The notes under the pieces were generated by a model. The model had not been told where the DNA came from. It ran no database searches and saw nothing but the letters and a program-made list of their open reading frames with translations. This document shows positions 38,559 through 47,621 of a stretch of DNA of 64,000 nt, piece by piece. The position numbers were made by a program, and so were the translations under genes. The stretch's first letter is position 1, and every line of letters starts with the position of its first letter. The stretch lies in the NCBI RefSeq assembly GCF_003364335.1, contig NZ_NXLX01000001.1, positions 1-64,000 on the forward strand, given 5' to 3'. This DNA is from Helicobacter anseris. GTDB lineage: Bacteria > Campylobacterota > Campylobacteria > Campylobacterales > Helicobacteraceae.

Positions 38559-38719
38559 TTTTGCTCCTTAATTTTTTTTTAAGTTTTATTAACTTGATTT
38601 TGAAATTTTAAAGAATAAAGTTCATAAAAACAAGTAATTATATTTTTATAACATAATATATATTTTTTATACTATTGCGATATAATGGTAATTATAATAG
38701 ATAAATAATTGGAGAATTT

Positions 38720-39049
38720 ATGGAATATATTTCACCTTGTCCCGTTGAAACAGCTTTAAATCTCATAGGAAATAAATGGAAGTTTTTGATTATAAGAGAA
38801 TTGCTTGATGGTAAAAAGCGTTTTGGAGAATTGAAAAAAAATATTGCTAAAACAAAAAATCAAGAGATTTCACAAAATGTTTTAACTTCAAATTTAAGAG
38901 AACTTGAAGAAGCAAAATTGGTTTTAAGAGTAGTATATGCCGAGGTTCCTCCAAAAGTAGAGTATTCATTAACACCCTTAGGGGAGAGTTTGAATGAAGT
39001 TTTAAATAGTCTGAAGAATTGGGGGGAACTTTATGCACATAAGAGCTAG
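38720..39049 (+). CDS. HxlR-family winged-helix transcriptional regulator
   Basis: CPVETALNLIGNKWKFLIIRELLDGKKRFGELKKNI is the HxlR/MarR-like DUF24 signature. 109 aa. Confidence 0.85.
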   Translation: MEYISPCPVETALNLIGNKWKFLIIRELLDGKKRFGELKKNIAKTKNQEISQNVLTSNLRELEEAKLVLRVVYAEVPPKVEYSLTPLGESLNEVLNSLKNWGELYAHKS

Positions 39050-39070
39050 CTTGACTAGATTTTGAAGGGT

Positions 39071-40087
39071 TTATTTATATCTCTTCAAAATCCATTTTAC
39101 TAGCAGGATTAAGACAGGAACTTCAATGAGCGGGCCTATTATTGTTGCAAAAGCTTGTGGTGATGCGATACCATAGTATCCTATGGAAATTGCAATTGCT
39201 AGTTCAAAATTGTTTCCGCTAGCACTAAAACATATAGAGCAAGCTTGTGGATATGATAACTTATTTTTATTGCATAAATACCAAGAGATAAAAAACATTA
39301 AAATAAAATAAAAAATCAAAGGTAGGGCAATACGCAGAGTATTAAGAGACATTTCAAAAATTTGATTTGAATGATAAGAACACATAATGATAATGGTAAA
39401 AATTAAAGTAATGGGTGTGATAGGACTAATTTTTGGTAAGAATTTTTCTTGATACCATTGCTTCCCTTTTGTATTTATGAAAATAATACGACTAAAGATG
39501 GCCATAATAAAAGGAATACCAAGATAAATTAACACATTTTTGCCAATTTCTTGCATTGAGATATTTGATGTTTTTATGTCAAATGTAAAACCAAAATAAT
39601 TTGGTAATAGTTGTAAAAAAATAAATGCCAAACTAGAAAAAAATAGAATCTGAAAAATACTATTAAGAGCAATCAATGCGCCAGTATATTCTCTATCCCC
39701 TTTTGCAAGATCACTCCAGACTGCCACCATAGCAACACATCTTGCAAGTCCAATAAGAATGATTCCTTGCATAAATTCTATTTTGTCATGCAGGAAAATG
39801 ATAGCAAGAGCAAACATCAAGATAGGACCTATGATCCAATTTAGTATTAAAGCAAGCAAAAGAGATTTTTTGTTTTTAAATATTTTAAAAATTTGCTGAT
39901 ATCTAATTTTTGCCAAAGGTGGATACATCATTGTAATAAGACATAGCATTAAAAGCATATTGATGGATTGGTATTCAAAAATACTCCAAAAGTTGGATAT
40001 ATTTGGAAAAATTATCCCAAGAGCTAGACCTATAAAAATAGATAAAAAAATCCATAAAGTTAAAAATTTATCAAAAAAGCCTAGCAT
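39071..40087 (-). CDS. acr3: Arsenite efflux permease, ACR3 family
   Basis: MLGFFDKFLTLWIFLSIFIGLALG matches the Acr3 N-terminus (…FLDRYLTLWIF…). 338 aa, about 10 TM helices. Confidence 0.9.
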   Translation of the reverse strand: MLGFFDKFLTLWIFLSIFIGLALGIIFPNISNFWSIFEYQSINMLLMLCLITMMYPPLAKIRYQQIFKIFKNKKSLLLALILNWIIGPILMFALAIIFLHDKIEFMQGIILIGLARCVAMVAVWSDLAKGDREYTGALIALNSIFQILFFSSLAFIFLQLLPNYFGFTFDIKTSNISMQEIGKNVLIYLGIPFIMAIFSRIIFINTKGKQWYQEKFLPKISPITPITLIFTIIIMCSYHSNQIFEMSLNTLRIALPLIFYFILMFFISWYLCNKNKLSYPQACSICFSASGNNFELAIAISIGYYGIASPQAFATIIGPLIEVPVLILLVKWILKRYK

Positions 40088-40503
40088 CTAAAATCTCCTA
40101 AAGTGTTATTTTTGATGGATTCTAGTAGCGCAATTACTTTTGATTCTAAAATTTTTATACTTTCTTGAAAGGCTGTATCATCAAAATTACTAGGATCTTC
40201 TAACTGAAAATCAAAAGAGTATTTTCCCCTAAGGGTAGGGCATTTTACCCCACATCCCATAGAAATTACAATATCAATATCTTTTGGTAAAGTATCGATA
40301 GTTTTTACATAATGATTACTCATATCTATACCATAGTTTAGAGCAAGAAAATAAATCGCCTTAGGGTGTATGGAGCGACTTTTCTCACTACCAGCAGAAT
40401 AAATTTCTAGATCCAGTTGCATTTTTTTAGCATAAAAATTTGCCAAGGCTTCTGCCATTTGAGAGCGACAACTATTGTGTATGCATATAAAAGCTATTTT
40501 CAT
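40081..40503 (-). CDS. arsC: Arsenate reductase (LMW-PTP/thioredoxin-coupled type)
   Basis: MKIAFICIHNSCRSQMAEAL, the CX5R P-loop of LMW-PTP-type ArsC. 140 aa. Confidence 0.88.
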   Translation of the reverse strand: MKIAFICIHNSCRSQMAEALANFYAKKMQLDLEIYSAGSEKSRSIHPKAIYFLALNYGIDMSNHYVKTIDTLPKDIDIVISMGCGVKCPTLRGKYSFDFQLEDPSNFDDTAFQESIKILESKVIALLESIKNNTLGDFRC

Positions 40504-40832
40504 TTTTTATCCTTTGTGCAAGTGATTGTTTTTAATGGAGGTAATTTTAGTTTTAGTGCTTCAATAGAATCTAAAAGATCTTGACAGGTTTTATGTGGCT
40601 TTTCTTGGATTTTATAATATGCCCATACACCTTTTCTTTGCAATGATAAAAAACCTGCGTCTTTTAAAATTTTTAGATGTCGAGAAAGTCTTGATTGAAT
40701 CATTCCTAAAGATTTTTGCAAATCACATACGCAAAGCTCTCCATTTTGCTTCAAAAATGCCAAAATTAAAACCCTGCTTTCATCATTTATAGCTCCGCTA
40801 ATTTTTAAAAAATTCTCTAGATTATTTTGCAT
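40500..40832 (-). CDS. arsR: ArsR/SmtB-family metalloregulatory repressor
   Basis: HTH with the metal-binding motif ...ELCVCDLQKSLGMIQSRLSRHLKILKDAGFL.... The start is taken at the ATG at 40832, preceded by an AAGGAG RBS. Confidence 0.85.
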   Translation of the reverse strand: MQNNLENFLKISGAINDESRVLILAFLKQNGELCVCDLQKSLGMIQSRLSRHLKILKDAGFLSLQRKGVWAYYKIQEKPHKTCQDLLDSIEALKLKLPPLKTITCTKDKK

Positions 40833-40842
40833 TCTTTCTCCT

Positions 40843-41808
40843 TTAGACGAATTCAAGTAATATGCCAAAGCTTATGGAAATAATCAAAATTGTGCTAATA
40901 AAAATTGCTAAAAATCTAAAACTAAAATTTTGTTTTAATAAAATAAGTTCAGGCAAAGAACAGCCAGCTCCAGCAATCAAGAAACTCATTACAATGCTTT
41001 CAGAGATTCCGATATTTATGAGACTTAATCCTATGGGTATTATTGCTTCTGCTCTGATATAAAGCAATATTCCTATAATTGGAGCAATCACAATACCAAC
41101 AAGCCCATATTCTTTAATTTGGTTTTCTAAGAAGTTTTGGGGGATGAAACCATGTATCAAAGCACCAATACCCATGCCTATAATAATATAGGGTAACATT
41201 TTTTTATAATCCTTGAGGGTTTCAAAGATTATGTTTTTATAGGCGGAGGGTTTTTGTAGAGGAGGTTGCTTGGAATTATGGATAATTTTATTGGGTTTTA
41301 GGAGAACTGAGGGATTTTCTATTGTTTTTGTGGTACTAAATGGTTTTTTACAACAAGCATTTTGAGTGAGGTTAGAATGATTGGAAATAAGTTTCTTAGG
41401 GTTGAGTTTGGAGATGATGATTGCTATTGCTAAAATTGTAACCAATAAAAATAGTGTGTATAAAAAAGTAATCTTAATGCCTAAAGTAGTTAATAACATG
41501 ATAAGGATAATAGGATTTAGAAGCGGGGAGATAAAAAGGTAGGCACTACAGATTCCAAGCGGGATACCATTTTTTAAGAAGGCATTAAATAGGGGTATTG
41601 TGGAGCACGAGCAAAAAGGCGTTAATATGCCCAGTAACAATGCTTTTATATAACTTAGAAGAGTTTCTTCTTTTAAGTGTTTTTCAAGTAGATGGCTGTA
41701 GCGGTGATTGAGAATTGTTATAAGAATTGAAATAAAGATAAAAAGTAGTGAAATTTCTAAAAAAAGAAAAATAAAATATTGTAAAGTATTTAATATTTTA
41801 GGAATCAT
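40843..41808 (-). CDS. arsP: Organoarsenical efflux permease ArsP (DUF318 permease)
   Basis: Membrane protein carrying the ArsP signature TPFCSCS (...GILTPFCSCSTIPLF...). First gene of the arsP-arsR-arsC-acr3 operon, as in Campylobacter jejuni. Confidence 0.8.
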   Translation of the reverse strand: MIPKILNTLQYFIFLFLEISLLFIFISILITILNHRYSHLLEKHLKEETLLSYIKALLLGILTPFCSCSTIPLFNAFLKNGIPLGICSAYLFISPLLNPIILIMLLTTLGIKITFLYTLFLLVTILAIAIIISKLNPKKLISNHSNLTQNACCKKPFSTTKTIENPSVLLKPNKIIHNSKQPPLQKPSAYKNIIFETLKDYKKMLPYIIIGMGIGALIHGFIPQNFLENQIKEYGLVGIVIAPIIGILLYIRAEAIIPIGLSLINIGISESIVMSFLIAGAGCSLPELILLKQNFSFRFLAIFISTILIISISFGILLEFV

Positions 41809-41858
41809 AATATTTCCTTGTTAGTAAAATTATGGAATTAAAGCATAATTATTTTAAT

Positions 41859-41878
41859 ATATCAATATATGTTGATAT
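41859..41878. promoter_or_regulatory. Inverted repeat ATATCAA-tatatg-TTGATAT upstream of arsP (candidate ArsR operator)
   Basis: 7-bp perfect inverted repeat with a 6-bp spacer, 50-70 nt upstream of the arsP start in the ars/sdaC divergent promoter region. Confidence 0.3.
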
Positions 41879-42057
41879 ATTAAAATTTTATATATTAGAT
41901 TCAAGTAATCTTTTTTAAAAATAGGGGATATGAATAGATACATTTTGTAACATTATTTTTTACTTTTACTAATAAAAATTTTACTTTTGGGAAGTTTTCT
42001 ATAAAAAACCAATTATTATTAGATTGTGTTAAATATTAAGAAACATAAGGAGATAGA

Positions 42058-43299
42058 ATGAATCCTAACAAGTGGAATAAAACAGATACGGTTTGGATGC
42101 TTAGTCTTTTTGGTACAGCAATTGGTGCAGGAGTTTTATTTTTGCCTATAAATGCTGGTATGGGAGGTTTGATACCTTTATTAGTAATGCTTGTTTTGGC
42201 ATTTCCGTTAACATTCTTTACACATAGGGCATTATGTCGTTTTGTTTTGGGTGGTTCTGAAAAGAGTGATGATATTACAGTGGTTGGTCAAAATTATTTT
42301 GGCAAAACAGGAGGTTTTACTCTTACTGTGCTTTATTTCTTTGCAATATTTCCTATATTGCTTGTTTATAGCGTAGGAATTACAAATAATGTGAGCAGTT
42401 TTATGATGCATCAGCTTGGTTATGCAGAGCCAAATCGTTTGATTTTATCTTTTGTTATTGTAGCAGCCTTGATGACAGTAGTTAATTTTGGGGAAGAGGT
42501 TGTTGTAAAAACTATGTCAGCAATTGTTTTTCCTTTCATTACAATTCTTGTAATTAGTGCCTTATGGTTAATACCAAAATGGAATGGAGTTTTGTTTGAA
42601 AATATTAGTTTTGAGCCAAATGTAGATGGCCAGAGTATTTGGGTAGTGTTACTACTTATTCTTCCTACAATGGTTTTTGCATTTAATCATTCACCTATTA
42701 TCTCTTCACTTGCTGTTCACTGTAAAGAGACATATGGAGATAATGCGGATAAAAAAGCTTCAAAAATTATTGCTTATAGCAATATTTTGATGGTAGTGGT
42801 TGTTATGTTTTTTGTTTTTTCTTGTGCAATGTGTTTGAGTCCTGAAGATTTCAGGGTTGCAAAAGCGCAAAATCTACCTATTTTGTCTTACTTGGCAAAT
42901 CATTTTGAAGATATGAAGGTATTTGCAATGCTTGCTCCAATCGTTGCTTTTGTTGCAATGGGCAAATCATTTTTTGGGCATTACTTAGGGGCAAAAGAAG
43001 GTTTGAATAGAATCTTATTTTATGCTTCAAATAATAAGATGTCATTAAAATTAGCAAATGGCATCACAGGAATTATTACTTTTGTTGTTGCTTGGCTTGT
43101 GGCATATAAAGATCCAAATGTTTTGGATATTATCGAAAGTATAGGAGGTCCTATTTTGGCTATCATACTTTACATTATGCCACTTTATGCAATTTACAAA
43201 TTTCCAAAATTAGCAAAATATAAAACCCCAGCTGTGGATTTTGTTATCTTAATTTTTGGTTTAATTGCAATTTCAACAGCTATATACAAGTTGTTTTAA
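42058..43299 (+). CDS. sdaC: Serine transporter, HAAAP family (SdaC-like)
   Basis: MNPNKWNKTDTVWMLSLFGTAIGAGVLFLPINAG matches the SdaC/TdcC N-terminus. 413 aa, 11 TM helices. Followed by sdaA. Confidence 0.85.
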   Translation: MNPNKWNKTDTVWMLSLFGTAIGAGVLFLPINAGMGGLIPLLVMLVLAFPLTFFTHRALCRFVLGGSEKSDDITVVGQNYFGKTGGFTLTVLYFFAIFPILLVYSVGITNNVSSFMMHQLGYAEPNRLILSFVIVAALMTVVNFGEEVVVKTMSAIVFPFITILVISALWLIPKWNGVLFENISFEPNVDGQSIWVVLLLILPTMVFAFNHSPIISSLAVHCKETYGDNADKKASKIIAYSNILMVVVVMFFVFSCAMCLSPEDFRVAKAQNLPILSYLANHFEDMKVFAMLAPIVAFVAMGKSFFGHYLGAKEGLNRILFYASNNKMSLKLANGITGIITFVVAWLVAYKDPNVLDIIESIGGPILAIILYIMPLYAIYKFPKLAKYKTPAVDFVILIFGLIAISTAIYKLF

Positions 43300-43323
43300 T
43301 TTTTTGCCCAAAGGGGGTTTGCT

Positions 43324-44688
43324 ATGGGTAGCAATTTAAGTATTTTTAAAATAGGTGTTGGTCCTTCTAGCTCTCATACTGTTGGACCTATGTTGGCTTC
43401 AAATCTTTTTTGTCAGAAAATTGAAAATAAAAAAGATGAGATTGTTAGAGTTTTGATTGAGCTTTATGGTTCTTTATCATTGACTGGCAAGGGGCATTTA
43501 AGTGATTTGGCTTGCATTATTGGGTTAAATGGTTTAAGGGCAAGAGACTTGACACCAAAAATTAAAGATGATGCTATTGATCTTGCCTTAAAACAAAATA
43601 AAATCAATCTAGGCGGTTTTAAGCTGATTGATTTTATTTATGATAGAGATGTTGTATTCCATAATGATTTCTTGCCTCTTCATGAAAATGGTATGAAGCT
43701 AAGTGTTTTTAATGATAAGCAAGAATTGATAGATACCCAAGTTTATTATTCTATCGGTGGTGGTTTTGTCGCCACAGAAGAAGAGTTAAAAAATCCTAGC
43801 ACTGATGCAAAGACAGAAAAACTTGATTTGGATTTTTCGAGTGCAAAAGAACTTTTGGCACTTTGCGAAAAATATAACAAAAATATTGCAGAGATTTCTA
43901 TGGATTTTGAGAAACAATTCCATACAGAGCAATATATTAGAGATTATTGCCTTGAAATTTGGCAAGTTATGCAGGAATCTTATACAAATGGTTCTCATCC
44001 TACCACAGATATATTGCCTGGCCCATTAAAGTTAAAGCGTCGTGCTCTTGAGCTTAAAAAATCTTTTGAAAAGCGTAGTGATTTTTTAAGTTTATTAGAT
44101 TCTATTTCGCTTTATGCCATTGCAATTGCTGAGGAAAATGCTGCTGGAGGTAAGGTGGTAACTGCCCCTACAAATGGTGCATGTGCGATAGTCCCAACGG
44201 TATTGCTCTACATGAGAGATCAAATGGGATCAAGCTTTAATGACAATGTTGTTGTAGATTTCTTGCTTACCGCAATGGCAATAGGTTCTTTATATAAGAA
44301 AAATGCTTCTATAAGTGGTGCAGAGGCTGGTTGTCAGGCTGAGGTAGGATCTGCTAGTTCTATGGCTGCTGGAGCTGCTGCTTTGGTTATGGGAGGAAAT
44401 GCATTGCAGGTATGTTGTGCTGCAGAAATAGCAATGGAGCATCATTTGGGTTTAACTTGTGATCCTGTGCATGGTTTAGTGCAGATTCCTTGTATCGAGC
44501 GTAATGCTTTTGGTGCATTGAAGGCTATAAGTGCTGCTAGAATGGCAATGAATAGAGAGAGTATTCCAAGCGTGGATTTGGATCAAGTGATTGAAACAAT
44601 GTATCAAACTGGCAAGGATATGAATCTAAAATACAAAGAAACAGCATTGGGCGGATTGGCTGAAGTTCTTAAGAGAAAATGTTCCTAA
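43324..44688 (+). CDS. sdaA: L-serine dehydratase (single-chain Fe-S type)
   Basis: FKIGVGPSSSHTVGPM N-terminal signature. 454 aa, with Cys ligands in the C-terminal alpha region. Confidence 0.92.
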   Translation: MGSNLSIFKIGVGPSSSHTVGPMLASNLFCQKIENKKDEIVRVLIELYGSLSLTGKGHLSDLACIIGLNGLRARDLTPKIKDDAIDLALKQNKINLGGFKLIDFIYDRDVVFHNDFLPLHENGMKLSVFNDKQELIDTQVYYSIGGGFVATEEELKNPSTDAKTEKLDLDFSSAKELLALCEKYNKNIAEISMDFEKQFHTEQYIRDYCLEIWQVMQESYTNGSHPTTDILPGPLKLKRRALELKKSFEKRSDFLSLLDSISLYAIAIAEENAAGGKVVTAPTNGACAIVPTVLLYMRDQMGSSFNDNVVVDFLLTAMAIGSLYKKNASISGAEAGCQAEVGSASSMAAGAAALVMGGNALQVCCAAEIAMEHHLGLTCDPVHGLVQIPCIERNAFGALKAISAARMAMNRESIPSVDLDQVIETMYQTGKDMNLKYKETALGGLAEVLKRKCS

Positions 44689-45323
44689 TTCAATTGATAT
44701 GCTTCCATACTTTTGAGTAGATTGCAAGAAGGGATTGCTCCTTTCTTACAATCTATGGATAAATATTGTTTTGCAAGATAAAAATATGCGAGCGCTATTT
44801 CTGGATTGGTCTCTAAATCTCCTTCTCCATTGCGATATAAAATCCCTAAATTAAAACAGCCTTGTGCGTTTTTCAAAATACAGGCTTTTTGGTAATAAAT
44901 CACAGCATTTTTTTTATCTTTTGGCACATTAAGTCCATTATAATAGATATTTCCTACCCTAAGACACGCAGCTCCATTGTCATCGTCGCATAAAATTGTA
45001 TAATAATCAATAGCCAAATCCCCCTCCTGAATAATCCTTAAATGAAAGCATCCAAAAGAATCTTTATTATTGCAAGCCATTTCATAATACTCTTTTGCTT
45101 TTAGGAGATTTTTTATAACTCCAAGACCTCTTTCATAAATTGTTCCAAGACCGCTACATCCTCTCATATTTCCAGATTCGCAAGCTTTTGTATAGTATTC
45201 TTTTGCAGTAAGAAAGTTTTCTTTTTTGTAGGCTTCTACTGCTTTTTGCAGATAATCTTCTTTAGATTTTGCAAAAAGTAGTAGGGTTGATAAGATAATT
45301 AAGCTAAGATTTTTGAGTAGCAT
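44685..45323 (-). CDS. Sel1-repeat protein (Helicobacter cysteine-rich protein, Hcp-like)
   Basis: Signal peptide then four Sel1-like repeats, each with paired Cys (...[22 protein letters not shown]..., ...[13 protein letters not shown]..., ...[22 protein letters not shown]..., ...[22 protein letters not shown]...). Confidence 0.8.
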   Translation of the reverse strand: MLLKNLSLIILSTLLLFAKSKEDYLQKAVEAYKKENFLTAKEYYTKACESGNMRGCSGLGTIYERGLGVIKNLLKAKEYYEMACNNKDSFGCFHLRIIQEGDLAIDYYTILCDDDNGAACLRVGNIYYNGLNVPKDKKNAVIYYQKACILKNAQGCFNLGILYRNGEGDLETNPEIALAYFYLAKQYLSIDCKKGAIPSCNLLKSMEAYQLN

Positions 45324-46206
45324 TTATCAATCTTTCTTCGCGATTGCTTTCTTGATTCTTATAGAGAGTTGCGCAGGATTTTGCTAATTCTCTAATTTTT
45401 AGAATATACTCTTGTCTTTGAGAAACTGAGATAGCCTTTCTTGCATCTAAAACATTGAAAAAATGTGAGCTTAACATTGTAAAATCATATGCTGGAAGAG
45501 GAAGTTCTGCTTCTAGGCATCTTTTTGCTTCATTTTGTGCCATATTAAAAAAATCAAAAAGCATTTTAGTATCTGCAATTTCAAAGTGATATTTGCTAAA
45601 TTCGTATTCACTTTGTAGATGGACATCAGCATAAGAAATTGTTTTATTTTGTGTATTTACTCCCCATTGGATATCTAAAATAGAATCTACTTGCTGTATA
45701 TATGTGGCTAATCTTTCTACTCCATAAGTAATTTCTATTGCTACTGGGTCACAAGCTATTCCTCCAACTTGTTGAAAGTAGGTAAATTGTGTGATTTCCA
45801 TACCATCAAGCCATACTTCCCAGCCAAGCCCCCAAGCACCAAGTGTTGGCGATTCCCAATTATCTTCAACAAATCTAACATCATGTTTTTTTAAATCAAG
45901 ACCTAGAAATTCTAAGCTTTTTAAATAGAGCTCTTGAATATTCTCTGGGCTAGGTTTGACAAGTACTTGGAATTGATAATAGCTTCCAAGCCTATTGGGA
46001 TTTTCCCCATATCTACCATCTGTAGGTCTTCTTGAAGGTGCTACATAGGCGACTGACCAAGGTTTGCTATCAAGACTTCTTAACAACGTGGCTGGATGAA
46101 AGGTTCCAGCACCAGCAGGAATGTCATAAGGTTGAACGATGATGCATCCTTGAGATTTCCAAAATTCTTGAAGTTTAAGCAAAATATCTGAAAAGGTTGG
46201 TTTCAT
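45304..46206 (-). CDS. glyQ: Glycine--tRNA ligase alpha subunit
   Basis: ...[26 protein letters not shown]...[30 protein letters not shown]... is the highly conserved GlyQ core. 300 aa. Confidence 0.95.
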   Translation of the reverse strand: MKPTFSDILLKLQEFWKSQGCIIVQPYDIPAGAGTFHPATLLRSLDSKPWSVAYVAPSRRPTDGRYGENPNRLGSYYQFQVLVKPSPENIQELYLKSLEFLGLDLKKHDVRFVEDNWESPTLGAWGLGWEVWLDGMEITQFTYFQQVGGIACDPVAIEITYGVERLATYIQQVDSILDIQWGVNTQNKTISYADVHLQSEYEFSKYHFEIADTKMLFDFFNMAQNEAKRCLEAELPLPAYDFTMLSSHFFNVLDARKAISVSQRQEYILKIRELAKSCATLYKNQESNREERLINATQKS

Positions 46207-46327
46207 AAAAATACCTTAAAACTTGAAGTTTAGTGATTCTAATTATAACAAACCTCTACCTTACAAGAGTGAAAAATACTTCTTTTATGTTAGAATAAGT
46301 TTAGTTTTTTGCAATGAGGTTTGTATT

Positions 46328-47611
46328 ATGATAGATATTAGACTTTTGTTAAATGATTTTGACTTTGTCAATCAAAAATTGCAAGTAAAAAAAGTGGATA
46401 CAGAGCTTTTATTAGAATTAAAAGATAAGGCACAGATTTATAGGAAAGCAAAGCAAGATTTAGAAGCATTACAGGCTGAGCAAAATAAAAAATCCAAGCT
46501 ATTTGGAAGTTATAAAAGTAGCGGAGGAGATATAGAAGTTTTAAAGAAGGAATTGGATCTCAATAAAAGAAATATCATAGCAACAACAGAGGTTGTTCAA
46601 AAATGTGAAGATGAATTAGAAAAATTACTTTTTACGCTTCCAAATATTCCAGATGAAAAAACACCATGCGGAGATGATGAGAAAGATAATGTTGTTTTAA
46701 AAAAGATTTTAGAACCAAAAAAATTTGATTTTAAACCAAAAGAGCATTGGGAGCTTGCGCAAGAAAATGGGTGGATTGATTTTGAAAGGGGTGTTAAGTT
46801 AGCAAAGAGCAGATTCTCAGTCCTTAGGGGAATGGGGGCTAAATTAAACAGAGCGCTTATTAACTTTATGCTTGATTATAATCAAAAAGCAGGGTTTGAG
46901 ATGGTTAGCACTCCAGTAATTGTAAATGAAAAAATGCTTTTTGGGACAGGACAGTTACCAAAGTTTGAAGAAGATATGTTTCGTGTAGATGGAAATACAG
47001 ATCCACTGGATATTGGTGAGGAAGTAAAAAAACAAAATTTTTATTTAATTTCTACTTCAGAAATTACCTTGACTAATTTATATCACGATGAGATTTTGTC
47101 AAGTGAAGAATTGCCAATATTATTAACAGCTCAAACACCTTGTTTTAGAAAAGAGGCTGGAAGTGCAGGTAGGGATACTAGAGGAATGATACGTCAACAT
47201 CAATTTGATAAGGTGGAGTTAGTTGCTATCACTAAACCAGAGGAAAGTGATAGCATACAAGAAAAGATGATACAAACCGCAAGTGGTATTTTACAAGCAT
47301 TGGGGTTGCCACATAGGCTTGTTCAATTATGTGGAGGGGATCTTGGCTTTTGTGCAAGCAATACAGTTGATATTGAAGTGTGGCTACCAGGCCAAAATTG
47401 TTATCGAGAAATCAGCTCTATTTCAAATACTCGAGATTTTCAAGCAAGAAGAGCAAAAATACGCTTTAGAGATGGTAAAAAGAATACTTTGGTGCATACA
47501 TTAAATGGTTCTTCTTTGGCTGTAGGTAGAACTTTAATTGCTTTGATGGAAAATTATCAAAATGCAGATGGTAGTATTGATATTCCTGAAGCATTAAAAC
47601 CTTATTTATAA
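46328..47611 (+). CDS. serS: Serine--tRNA ligase
   Basis: N-terminal coiled-coil arm ([14 protein letters not shown]...) and class II catalytic core (...[28 protein letters not shown]..., ...[16 protein letters not shown]...). The start is taken at the ATG at 46328; the track begins 35 codons upstream. Confidence 0.95.
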   Translation: MIDIRLLLNDFDFVNQKLQVKKVDTELLLELKDKAQIYRKAKQDLEALQAEQNKKSKLFGSYKSSGGDIEVLKKELDLNKRNIIATTEVVQKCEDELEKLLFTLPNIPDEKTPCGDDEKDNVVLKKILEPKKFDFKPKEHWELAQENGWIDFERGVKLAKSRFSVLRGMGAKLNRALINFMLDYNQKAGFEMVSTPVIVNEKMLFGTGQLPKFEEDMFRVDGNTDPLDIGEEVKKQNFYLISTSEITLTNLYHDEILSSEELPILLTAQTPCFRKEAGSAGRDTRGMIRQHQFDKVELVAITKPEESDSIQEKMIQTASGILQALGLPHRLVQLCGGDLGFCASNTVDIEVWLPGQNCYREISSISNTRDFQARRAKIRFRDGKKNTLVHTLNGSSLAVGRTLIALMENYQNADGSIDIPEALKPYL

Positions 47612-47621
47612 TATAGACACA

